Source: Verrucomicrobiales bacterium
GTDB lineage: Bacteria; Verrucomicrobiota; Verrucomicrobiia; Limisphaerales; Palsa-1400
Assembly: GCA_003140095.1 (NCBI GenBank)
Contig: PLIU01000506.1
Coordinates: forward strand, 848-57,672
Direction: 5' to 3'
DNA length: 56,825 nucleotides
Numbering within the stretch: position 1 is the first letter of the stretch; each line of letters starts with the position of its first letter. The notes beneath the pieces were generated by a model. That model saw nothing but the letters and a program-made list of their open reading frames with translations. It had not been told where the DNA came from and ran no database searches. Made by a program: the position numbers and the translations under genes. Below, piece by piece: positions 1-7,953 of this stretch.

Positions 1-1857
1 TGGCGCCGCTGAGCCGCTGGCCGGAGTCACCGTCGCGGTGAAGGTGACCGGGAGTCCCCATGCTGAGAACTCGGAGCTGGTCAATAGCTCCAGCGTGGTA
101 TTCGTCAAGACCGGAGCAGCCACGGCGTTGATCAGCAAGGCGGGTCTCAAAAGGGCTATGCTCGATTGGTAGGAATCGAACGCGAAGGCATCCCCGGTCT
201 CATAATCCGTGCCATAGAGTTGGTTAGTGAGTTCGAAACTCGCGATTCTAGAGCCGCCAAGTATTGAATTCACGAAGCTGGTGACGTCAATGTACTTCCA
301 ATCGCCGGCAGCCAACCCGTTCGTATCATTGACATCAATTGAATAATTCAGGGTTGCAGGCAAGTTCGTATTGGCTTCCGTCCAGGAATTGTCCAACGAA
401 CCGTAAACGCTTAGGTAGGGAGTCCCGAAGGACTGGCAAACATGGATGCGAAGATACGCGCTTGCAACCGGCCCGCTCAAGGCCGTGAGATTGAATTGCA
501 GCGCCGCCGCATCGAGATCATTATCTGGATCCGAGTTGGCCACCCAATTAACGACTTCTCCCGGAACCGTGACTGTGTCGTTCGTAAAAAAGAGGCCTCC
601 CAGACCGTCTGTCCAAAGGCTGGCGTCCGCGTAAACAACGGTATTGGTGACCGGATTCAGGCTAAGAAACGCGCCGTACACATCGGAATTATCTATGACC
701 GTGCCATCCGCGGCCAAAACGTCGCCACCGCCATTTTCTGCTGAAACGTCATTAAAAGTAAGATTCGTCTCTTCCGCCACTCCGCCCGGGCAAACAAAGA
801 TGGCGCCGCCTTTGCCAAGGCCGCTTTGTCCGCCGCCGCTGCCTCCGCTGCCGCCATTGGCTTGATCGAAGTCAAAGCTCACGTTGGAGAGAATGACCAA
901 GGCGTCTTGCCAAACGCAGACTGCGCCGCCCAAGCCCGCGCCGCCGCCGCCGCCGCCGCCGAGGGCAGACGATTGCCCTGGGGCTCCCGCGCCGCCAAAG
1001 TCGGCGCTGATGCCGGCGCGGCCGGGGAAATCGCCGTCATTTCCGCCGCCACCTCCACCACCGCCAAACGATCCGCCTCCGCCATAACCACCCCCAGCAA
1101 AGGAGGAAGCGGCTCCTCCGCCGCCTCCGCCAGGGTTGCCGCCAGCGCTGCCGACTAGGAGGACGCCGGCGCTCTCCTCAGATCCAAAAGTTCCAGGCCC
1201 AGCCAAAGCGCCACTACTGCCACCGTTGCCGGCGCCTCCGGCGCCGCCGGGTTCGGCGCCGCTTGCCCCTCCGTTGGCGCCGCCATTGCCGCCGGTCACA
1301 CTGCAATTATGGAAAAAAACATCGTGGATCGAAACGGTCGAGGATGAATCGGCGAGCACGCCGCCGCCCATGGCGCCACCGCCGCCGCCGCCGCCTTCGC
1401 CTGCGACGCCATTGCCGCCGATCACCTGGCCCTGTGCAATGGTAAGCCCGCTCAGGCTCGATACTCCTCCCGTGAAATGAAACACCCGGCTGATGTTGAC
1501 GGCGTTAAGCCCGAGGAAAGACGATCCCGGACCGGAAATCTCTAGGCTTTTATTAACGATGATTTCTCCAAAGGTAATAACGAGGGTTTGGTTAATCAGC
1601 GACGGGCCAAAAACAATGGTGTCGCCGCTGGCAGCCGCCAAGATAGTTTGCCGGAGCGATCCGGCGCCGTTGTCAGTGGCGTTCGTCACCGTCAGCGTGG
1701 CGGCGCCCGTGAGTGTGGCGGCGCCGAGAAAGGCGAACGCGGGCAGCAAAAGGGAGAAGACCAAGCTGCGCAAATGTCTCCTCATCGAAGCTAGAGGCGC
1801 GTGCAATGACAACTCTGATTTCTTTTCCGGTGAGCAAGTATTATGATTGTTTTTCAT
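1..1857 (-). CDS. Large secreted protein, runs off the window at its 3' end: signal peptide, 'VTNATDNGAGSLR' N-terminal module, Gly-rich region, DNRLRE/CBM96-like domain, start of an Ig-like (Big_3) repeat
   Basis: Manual translation from ATG 1857 (alternative ATG 1785) is open to position 1: MRRHLRSLVFSLLLPAFAFLGAATLTGAATLTVTNATDNGAGSLRQTILAAASGDTIVF...GGGGGGGAMGGG...ALQFNLTALSGPVASAYLRIHV...SWTEANTN...GDWKYIDVTSFV...VTFTATVTPASGSAAP. Missing from the ORF track because it has no stop in the window; the Pro-rich + strand ORFs are its antisense shadow. Confidence 0.85.
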   Translation of the reverse strand, partial: MKNNHNTCSPEKKSELSLHAPLASMRRHLRSLVFSLLLPAFAFLGAATLTGAATLTVTNATDNGAGSLRQTILAAASGDTIVFGPSLINQTLVITFGEIIVNKSLEISGPGSSFLGLNAVNISRVFHFTGGVSSLSGLTIAQGQVIGGNGVAGEGGGGGGGAMGGGVLADSSSTVSIHDVFFHNCSVTGGNGGANGGASGAEPGGAGGAGNGGSSGALAGPGTFGSEESAGVLLVGSAGGNPGGGGGGAASSFAGGGYGGGGSFGGGGGGGGNDGDFPGRAGISADFGGAGAPGQSSALGGGGGGGAGLGGAVCVWQDALVILSNVSFDFDQANGGSGGSGGGQSGLGKGGAIFVCPGGVAEETNLTFNDVSAENGGGDVLAADGTVIDNSDVYGAFLSLNPVTNTVVYADASLWTDGLGGLFFTNDTVTVPGEVVNWVANSDPDNDLDAAALQFNLTALSGPVASAYLRIHVCQSFGTPYLSVYGSLDNSWTEANTNLPATLNYSIDVNDTNGLAAGDWKYIDVTSFVNSILGGSRIASFELTNQLYGTDYETGDAFAFDSYQSSIALLRPALLINAVAAPVLTNTTLELLTSSEFSAWGLPVTFTATVTPASGSAAP

Positions 1858-2163
1858 ATCGTCGTTTACTTTAAGCAGGAACATTATTTATATGCTATGG
1901 GGTGTTATTCCCAGTTACTTAAAGTATGCTTGCTTAAACCCGTCTAAATTGTTCCCGACCATTTGTTTTCTTTTCCTATAGGCAAGTATTCTTATCTTTC
2001 TATGTTATTGTTTGCGTGAGTAAGGAAGATTATTTTGGTGCTATAAGGTGTTTTGCCCAGTCCCTCATAGTCTGCTTTTTGAATCGGACTAATAAAGCGT
2101 TTACGATCAACTTGCCGTCCTCGATAAGCGGCCGGAGTGTCTTCTACTTGGATGCGTGTGAGC

Positions 2164-2709
2164 TTACTTAATCTCCATGCTGTGTTCCACGTCGAGGCTT
2201 GGCCGGACGGCTACGCGCGGCCAGCGCCCGGAACGGGCCAGCGCCATCGCCGCCTCCAGCGACTCCAGCGGAAATGGCGGCGACACCAGACGTTTCCATG
2301 GGAGGCTTCGCCCCCGATGCTGCAAGAACTCGATGGCAACAGCGAGATGGCGCGGTGCATAGTTGTGCGTGCCTTGGATGGTGAGGCACTTGCGGATGAT
2401 GATTTCCCCCGTCAGTTCGAGCCGCGAGTCCGGATGCACCAATCCGACTATTTGATACCGGCCGCCCGGGCGCAGCAGTTCGATGCCCTCGGCTATGATG
2501 GCGGCGCTGCCGGCGGCCTCAATCACCGCATCGACGCTGCCTTCGGCCACGTGACCGTGCGCCGAGTTCAGCGCCGGTTCGCCGCCAAAGGCCGGCACCA
2601 GTTCCAGCCGCGCGGGGTTGGTATCGACAACCACGACGCGCTGCCAGCCCTTCTCCCGCAGCAAAGAACAACCGAACAGGCCCAGCAGTCCCGCGCATTC
2701 GACCTTTAC
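2164..2709 (-). pseudogene. C-terminal half of a zinc-type (MDR) alcohol dehydrogenase of the phosphonate-catabolism-associated family (HpnZ-like); catalytic N-terminal domain missing
   Basis: Reads (C)AGLLGLFGCSLLREKGWQRVVVVDTNPARLEL...VDAVIEAAGSAAIIAEGIELLRPGGRYQIVG...CLTIQGTHNYAPRHLAVAIEFL...LVSPPFPL...GRWPRVAVRP. Similarity begins at the Rossmann Gly motif, there is no usable start codon, and further upstream the frame is only the antisense of phnW. Confidence 0.75.
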
Positions 2710-2742
2710 ATTATGCGCGAAACCTTTAAAGACTACGATCAG

Positions 2743-3873
2743 ATGCAGGTAACGAATGAGATTCCCGCCGCGCGCGACAAGCTGCTGTTCACGCCCGGGC
2801 CTTTGACCACGAGCCAAACCGTCAAGCAGGCGATGCTGCGCGATGCCGGTTCCTGGCACTCCGATTTCAACGCGTTGGTGGCCGATGTGCGGCTGCGCTT
2901 GTTGCGTCTGGCCGGTCTGTCGCGTGAGCAAGGATGGGAAGCCATCCTGCTGCAAGGTTCCGGCACGTTTGGGGTCGAGTCGATTTTTCAAACGTGCGTG
3001 CCGCCGGATGGAAAAGTGGTGGTCCTGGCCAACGGCGCTTACGGCGAGCGGATCGCGCAAATGTTGAAGTGCGCCAGGATCGTTCACCATGTCGTGCGTG
3101 CGGCGGAAGACGCGCCCGCCGATGCCGCGGCCTTGGAGAGCTGTCTGGCCGGGGATCCCGCAGTGACCCATGTCGCCGTGGTTCATTGCGAGACCACGAC
3201 AGGTCTCTTGAATCCAATTGACTCTATCGGTCGCGTGGCCAAACGCCATGGCAAAACATACGTGGTGGACGCTATGAGCAGTTTTGGCGGCATGCCGATA
3301 GACATTGCGGCGTGCGGGATTGATTTCCTGGTTTCCTCCTCGAACAAGTGCATCGAAGGAGTGCCGGGCTTTTCCTTTGTCTTGTGCCGGCGCGACGCCC
3401 TTTTGGCCAGCGAAGGCTGGGCGCGAAGTCTGAGTCTGGATTTGCTCGGCCAACTCAAGGGATTCGAGAAGGACGGCAAGTTTCGTTACACTCCTCCGAC
3501 GCATGTCATTCTCGCTTTCGATCAGGCCTTGCGGGAATTAGAGCTCGAAGGCGGGGTTCCCGCCCGCCATGAGCGTTACCGCCGCAACCACGAAACCTTG
3601 CTGGCCGGAATGGATCTCCTCGAATTTAAACCCTATCTGATTCCCGCCTTGCAGAGTCCGATCATCACGGCGTTTCTCCACCCGCCAAACGGGCAGTTCG
3701 AGTTCGAGCGATTTTACACGGAATTGAGCAGGTGCGGCTTCCTCATTTATCCTGGCAAACTGACCCAAGTGGACACCTTTCGCATTGCCAACATTGGCCG
3801 TCTTTTTCCGGCCGACATGGAGCAGCTTGTCGCGGCTATCGGGTCCGTCTGGAGTCAAATGGCCTATGAATGA
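2743..3873 (+). CDS. phnW: 2-aminoethylphosphonate--pyruvate transaminase
   Basis: LLFTPGPLTTS, QGSGTFGVE, NGAYGER, HCETTTG, DAMSSFG, SSSNKCIEGVPG (PLP lysine), RYTPPTH, IYPGK. Start set at ATG 2743 (alternative 2713); the extension to 2137 in the ORF track is the antisense of the ADH fragment. Confidence 0.95.
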   Translation: MQVTNEIPAARDKLLFTPGPLTTSQTVKQAMLRDAGSWHSDFNALVADVRLRLLRLAGLSREQGWEAILLQGSGTFGVESIFQTCVPPDGKVVVLANGAYGERIAQMLKCARIVHHVVRAAEDAPADAAALESCLAGDPAVTHVAVVHCETTTGLLNPIDSIGRVAKRHGKTYVVDAMSSFGGMPIDIAACGIDFLVSSSNKCIEGVPGFSFVLCRRDALLASEGWARSLSLDLLGQLKGFEKDGKFRYTPPTHVILAFDQALRELELEGGVPARHERYRRNHETLLAGMDLLEFKPYLIPALQSPIITAFLHPPNGQFEFERFYTELSRCGFLIYPGKLTQVDTFRIANIGRLFPADMEQLVAAIGSVWSQMAYE

Positions 3874-5107
3874 TTTCACTCTCAACAGCCGCGCCTATAG
3901 CCCGCCGCCGGCACCGGTCGTGGTCATTTGCCTGGACGGTTCGGCGGACGAGTATTTGGACACGGCGATGGCTCGCGGCCAGATGCCGAATCTCTTGCGG
4001 CTGAGCCTGCAGGGCTACCGCGGCCTGGCACGGGGGGCGATGCCAAGCCTGACGAACGTCAATAATACTTCCATCGTCACCGGCGCGCCGCCGCGCGTTC
4101 ATGGCATCGGCGGCAATTATTTTTTCGACACCGCCAGCGGGAAGGAAGTGATGATGAACTCGGCCAGTTTTCTCCGGGCCGAAACGATTTTTCCCGCGGC
4201 GCAACGGGCGGGACGGCGCGTGGCGGTGGTGACGGCCAAGGAAAAACTGCGCGACATCTTCGCCTCGGGCTTGATCGGTTTGGGCGGGATCGCGTTCTCC
4301 TCCGAGAAGGCCCGCGAAGCCAAGCGCGGGACCCATGGCATCGACGACGTCGAAACCGTGGTTGGCCCGGCACCTCCTATTTATAGCGGGGAGGCATCGC
4401 TCTATGTTCTAAAGGCCGGTGTAAAACTCATCGAACGCGGCGCCGCGGACTTCCTCTACCTGAGCACGACGGATTTCATGCAGCATAAGTACGGGCCGGA
4501 GGCAGCCGAAGCCGTCGAGTTTTATGCGGGCATTGACGAGCAACTGGGTCATCTCCTGGCGCTCGGCGCGCTGGTCGGCATTACCGCCGATCATGGCATG
4601 AACGCCAAGCAGAAAGCGGATGGCTCGCCCAATGTCATTTACCTCGAATCTGAACTCGTCCAGCAGTTTGGGCCGGGATTTCGCGTCATTCTGCCCATCA
4701 CCGATCCGTACGTGGCGCATCACGGTGCCTTGGGATCGTTCGCGCAGGTGCATCTCCCGCCGGCGAACGGTCTGGCCGTCGGGCCGGTGGCCGCCTTTCT
4801 GCGGCAGGTGGCGGGCGTGACGGAGGTGCTGGAGCGGGATTGCGCGGCGCGGTGGCTGGAACTTCCGGAGGACCGCATGGGCGACCTTGTCGTCTGTTCC
4901 GGCCGCGACGTGGTGCTGGGCCGGACGCCGCAATGGCACGACCTGACGGTGCTCGAAAACGGCCTGCGCTCGCATGGCGGACGATACGAAGAGATGGTGC
5001 CATTCCTCCTGAGCGCGCCCTTGAAAGCGGACTACGCCGCGCGGGCGCGAGGCGACGTGAGGAACTTCGATATTTTCGACTTTACATGCAACGGAACCCA
5101 ACCATGA
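3866..5107 (+). CDS. phnA: Phosphonoacetate hydrolase (alkaline phosphatase superfamily)
   Basis: VVVICLDG, MPSLTNVNNTSIVTG, YLSTTDFMQHKY, TADHGMNAK, VILPITDPYVAHHGALGS, LRSHGG, RNFDIFD. ATG 3866 overlaps the phnW stop. Confidence 0.93.
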   Translation: MNDFTLNSRAYSPPPAPVVVICLDGSADEYLDTAMARGQMPNLLRLSLQGYRGLARGAMPSLTNVNNTSIVTGAPPRVHGIGGNYFFDTASGKEVMMNSASFLRAETIFPAAQRAGRRVAVVTAKEKLRDIFASGLIGLGGIAFSSEKAREAKRGTHGIDDVETVVGPAPPIYSGEASLYVLKAGVKLIERGAADFLYLSTTDFMQHKYGPEAAEAVEFYAGIDEQLGHLLALGALVGITADHGMNAKQKADGSPNVIYLESELVQQFGPGFRVILPITDPYVAHHGALGSFAQVHLPPANGLAVGPVAAFLRQVAGVTEVLERDCAARWLELPEDRMGDLVVCSGRDVVLGRTPQWHDLTVLENGLRSHGGRYEEMVPFLLSAPLKADYAARARGDVRNFDIFDFTCNGTQP

Positions 5108-6519
5108 ACGCATCCAGCTTGATCGCAGGAAAAGCCGCCGCAGGCGGCGGGGACTTCGTTGTCGTGCGAAGCCCGCACGATGGCGCGGAAGCCGGCCGGG
5201 TGGCGGCGGCCTCGCGCCAGGACGTGGAAGCGGCGGTGGCGGCGGCGCGCGCGTTCCGCGACACTCCGAATCGCCATGAACGGGGCAAGATTCTTGATTT
5301 GACACGCTCCGCGCTCGAAGCGCAGCGCGAAGATTTCGCCCGCCTGATCACCAGCGAAAGCGGGCTGGCCCTGCGGGAAACACGCTATGAAGTCGGAAGG
5401 ACCCTGGAGGTGTTGCGATGCGCGGCGATGGAGGCGCTGCGGGACGACGGCCAGATTTTTTCGGCGGACATCTCGGCCCAGGGCAAAGCCCGAAAAATCT
5501 TTACGACACGGGAGCCGTTGCGATGCGCCGCCGCGATCACGCCCTTTAACCATCCGCTTAACCAGGTCGCACACAAGGTTGCGCCCGCCATCGCCGCGGG
5601 CACGCCCCTGGTGCTCAAACCATCGGAGAAAACTCCGCTCACGGCCTTCAAGTTTGCCGAACTGCTTTACGCGGCGGGATTGCCTGGCCCAATGCTCAGC
5701 GTCCTCGTCGGTCCGACGGGCGAAGTGGCTGAACCGCTGGTGTGCCACCCCGCGGTGGATTTGGTCGCGTTCACCGGCAGCGTGGCGGTGGGCAAAAAGA
5801 TCGCGTCGGTGGCCGGATATAAGAAGCTGGTCCTCGAATTGGGCGGCAATGACCCGCTGATCGTGCTCCACGACGCCGATCTGGATTTGGCCGTGACGCT
5901 CGCGGCCGAGGGCAGTTACCGCAATTCCGGCCAGCGTTGCACGGCGGTCAAACGCATCCTGGTCGAGGAAGCCATCGCGGCCGATTTTACCAGCCGCCTG
6001 GTTGAAAGAACGAGGGAATATCGCTGTGGCGATCCTTTGGATGAAAACACGAGGGTGGGCACGGTCATCGACGAGGCATCCGCCCTGCAGTTGGAAGCGG
6101 TGCTGCGCGAAGCGGTCGCCGGCGGCGCAAAAATACTCATCGGCGGCGGCCGGCGCGGCGCTTTTGTGGAACCGACGGTCATCGTTGACGTTCCGCGCGA
6201 TTGCCGCATGGTCGTCTGTGAGAGTTTTGGGCCGCTGGCCCCGATTCTCAAAGTGCGCGACCTCGACGACGCGTTGGAAGTTGCCAATTCGACCGCCTAC
6301 GGACTTAGTTCCGGTGTCGTCACAACGAATTTGCAAAGCGCGATCAAGGCGATCAAGGCGCTGCGTTGCGGGACGGTGAATGTGAACGAAATTCCCGGCT
6401 TTCGAACTGAGAACAGCCCGTTTGGCGGCATCAAGGACAGTGGCTTGGGCGTCAAGGAAGGGGTGATTGAGGCCATCAAGGCCTACAGTTACGTTAAAAC
6501 GTTCAGCCTGCCGTGGTAA
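5104..6519 (+). CDS. phnY: Phosphonoacetaldehyde dehydrogenase
   Basis: ALDH motifs ITPFNHP, KPSEKTP, FTGS, LELGGNDP, NSGQRCTAVKR, ESFGP; PhnY-type C-terminus GLGVKEGVIEAIKAYSYVKTFSLPW; ATGA overlap with phnA. Confidence 0.93.
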   Translation: MNASSLIAGKAAAGGGDFVVVRSPHDGAEAGRVAAASRQDVEAAVAAARAFRDTPNRHERGKILDLTRSALEAQREDFARLITSESGLALRETRYEVGRTLEVLRCAAMEALRDDGQIFSADISAQGKARKIFTTREPLRCAAAITPFNHPLNQVAHKVAPAIAAGTPLVLKPSEKTPLTAFKFAELLYAAGLPGPMLSVLVGPTGEVAEPLVCHPAVDLVAFTGSVAVGKKIASVAGYKKLVLELGGNDPLIVLHDADLDLAVTLAAEGSYRNSGQRCTAVKRILVEEAIAADFTSRLVERTREYRCGDPLDENTRVGTVIDEASALQLEAVLREAVAGGAKILIGGGRRGAFVEPTVIVDVPRDCRMVVCESFGPLAPILKVRDLDDALEVANSTAYGLSSGVVTTNLQSAIKAIKALRCGTVNVNEIPGFRTENSPFGGIKDSGLGVKEGVIEAIKAYSYVKTFSLPW

Positions 6520-6520
6520 T

Positions 6521-7873
6521 ATGAGCCAGTTCGACACCGAAGGAGATTTGAACCTTTCGCAAAACCGGCGCCAATGGGCCGCGGAGAACATAGACGCGCC
6601 TACAAGACGCCTCCTGGAGGAGGACGCGCGATGCTTCTTGCATCAATCCCTTTCCACGCCCTGCTTGAATGTCATCAAATCGGCTTCAGGCTCCGGGTTC
6701 GAAGACACCGCTGGCCGCCGTTACCTGGACTTTCACGGCAACAACGTTCACACAGTTGGTTTCGGCCACCCGAAGGTGATCGCCGCCATCAAAGAGCAGT
6801 TGGACCAACTCACCTTTTGCACGCGCCGCTACACTTGCGAACCGGCGATTCGCTTTGCCGAAAAGCTCATCGAAATCGCTCCTCCAGGCCTTGACCGCGT
6901 CCTGCTGGCTCCCGGTGGAACGACCGCCATCAGCACGGCGCTCAAGCTGGCACGCGTGGCGACGGGCCGCTTCAAATTTGTTTCGATGTGGGATTCGTTT
7001 CACGGCGCGTCGCTGGATGCCATATCGGTTGGGGGCGAGGCCATCTTCCGGCGTGACATTGGGCCTTTGCTGCCGGGCTGCGAACACGTGCCGCCCGCCG
7101 ACAATCGCCACTGCCCGTTCAAGTGTGGCGCGTCTTGTTCATTGGCTTGCGCCGATTACGTGGAGTATGTTTTGGAAAAGGAAGGCGATGTGGCCGCCAT
7201 CATTGGCGAAACGATTCGATCCATTCCGTTCATTCCACCGCCGGAATATTGGAAGCGGATTCGCGCCGCTTGCGATAAACACGGCGCGCTTCTCATTCTG
7301 GATGAGATTCCCATGGGCCTCGGCCGCACCGGCCGCATGTTCGCCTGCCAGCACTACGAGGTGACGCCGGATATCCTCGTGCTGGGCAAAGGATTGGGCG
7401 GCGGTATTTTCCCGTTGGCGGCCGTGCTGTGCCGAGGCGCGATGAACAGCTCGCCCCACACCGCCATGGGACATTACACGCACGAGAAGAATCCAGTCGC
7501 TTGCGCCGCGGGTCTGGCCACGCTCCAAGTCATCGAAGAGGAAGGCTTGGTGGAGCATGCACGCGTTTTGGGCGAGTACACGATGGATCGTCTGCGCACG
7601 ATGGCGCAACGTCATCCACTGATCGGGGATATCCGCGGCCTGGGCCTCATTCTCGGCGTCGAGTTGCTCAAAGACGGGTTCACCCTCACGCCGGCGGCGG
7701 ATGAAGCGGAACGGGTCATGTACGCGGCGCTTCGCGGCGGCCTCAATTTCAAGGTCACGAAGGGGAATATTCTTACGCTGACCCCGGCCTTGACTTTGAC
7801 CCAAGCAGAAATGGATCAAGCGCTGGCGATCCTGGAGCGAGCCATTGATTCAGTTGAAACGCGCGGAAAATGA
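6521..7873 (+). CDS. pbfA: (R)-1-hydroxy-2-aminoethylphosphonate ammonia-lyase (class III aminotransferase fold)
   Basis: PbfA-type motifs TEGDLN, FLHQSLSTPCL, DFHGNNVH, APGGT, WDSFHGASLDAISVGGE, DEIP, GKGLGGG, GHYTHEKNP, FKVTKGN. Starts 1 bp after the phnY stop. Confidence 0.85.
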   Translation: MSQFDTEGDLNLSQNRRQWAAENIDAPTRRLLEEDARCFLHQSLSTPCLNVIKSASGSGFEDTAGRRYLDFHGNNVHTVGFGHPKVIAAIKEQLDQLTFCTRRYTCEPAIRFAEKLIEIAPPGLDRVLLAPGGTTAISTALKLARVATGRFKFVSMWDSFHGASLDAISVGGEAIFRRDIGPLLPGCEHVPPADNRHCPFKCGASCSLACADYVEYVLEKEGDVAAIIGETIRSIPFIPPPEYWKRIRAACDKHGALLILDEIPMGLGRTGRMFACQHYEVTPDILVLGKGLGGGIFPLAAVLCRGAMNSSPHTAMGHYTHEKNPVACAAGLATLQVIEEEGLVEHARVLGEYTMDRLRTMAQRHPLIGDIRGLGLILGVELLKDGFTLTPAADEAERVMYAALRGGLNFKVTKGNILTLTPALTLTQAEMDQALAILERAIDSVETRGK

Positions 7874-7911
7874 AAGAAAGAGCGCAGGCCCCGCCCATGC
7901 AGGGCCTGCGT
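7873..7911 (-). terminator. Intrinsic terminator between convergent genes, U-rich tail on the minus strand
   Basis: Stem CGCAGGCCC (7883-7891) / GGGCCTGCG (7902-7910), followed on the minus strand by CTCTTTCTTTCA. Confidence 0.6.
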
Positions 7912-7953
7912 GCCATCATTTCCAAACAATGCCGGCATCGCCGGGCCGCGTAT

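Noticed and set aside
442-1846. Pro/Ala-rich plus-strand ORFs
   Set aside because: They are shadows of the Gly-rich minus-strand gene.
2137-2742. N-terminal extension or fusion on PhnW (578-aa ORF)
   Set aside because: The extension is the antisense of the ADH fragment; PhnW similarity begins near 2743-2780.
2710-3504. Full-length 446-aa dehydrogenase overlapping phnW
   Set aside because: The upstream part has no zinc-binding motifs and is the antisense shadow of phnW.
5032-6591. Long antisense ORFs (this one, and 12674-13747, 16403-17395, 54341-55525)
   Set aside because: Typical stop-poor antisense frames of GC-rich genes, with no independent motifs.
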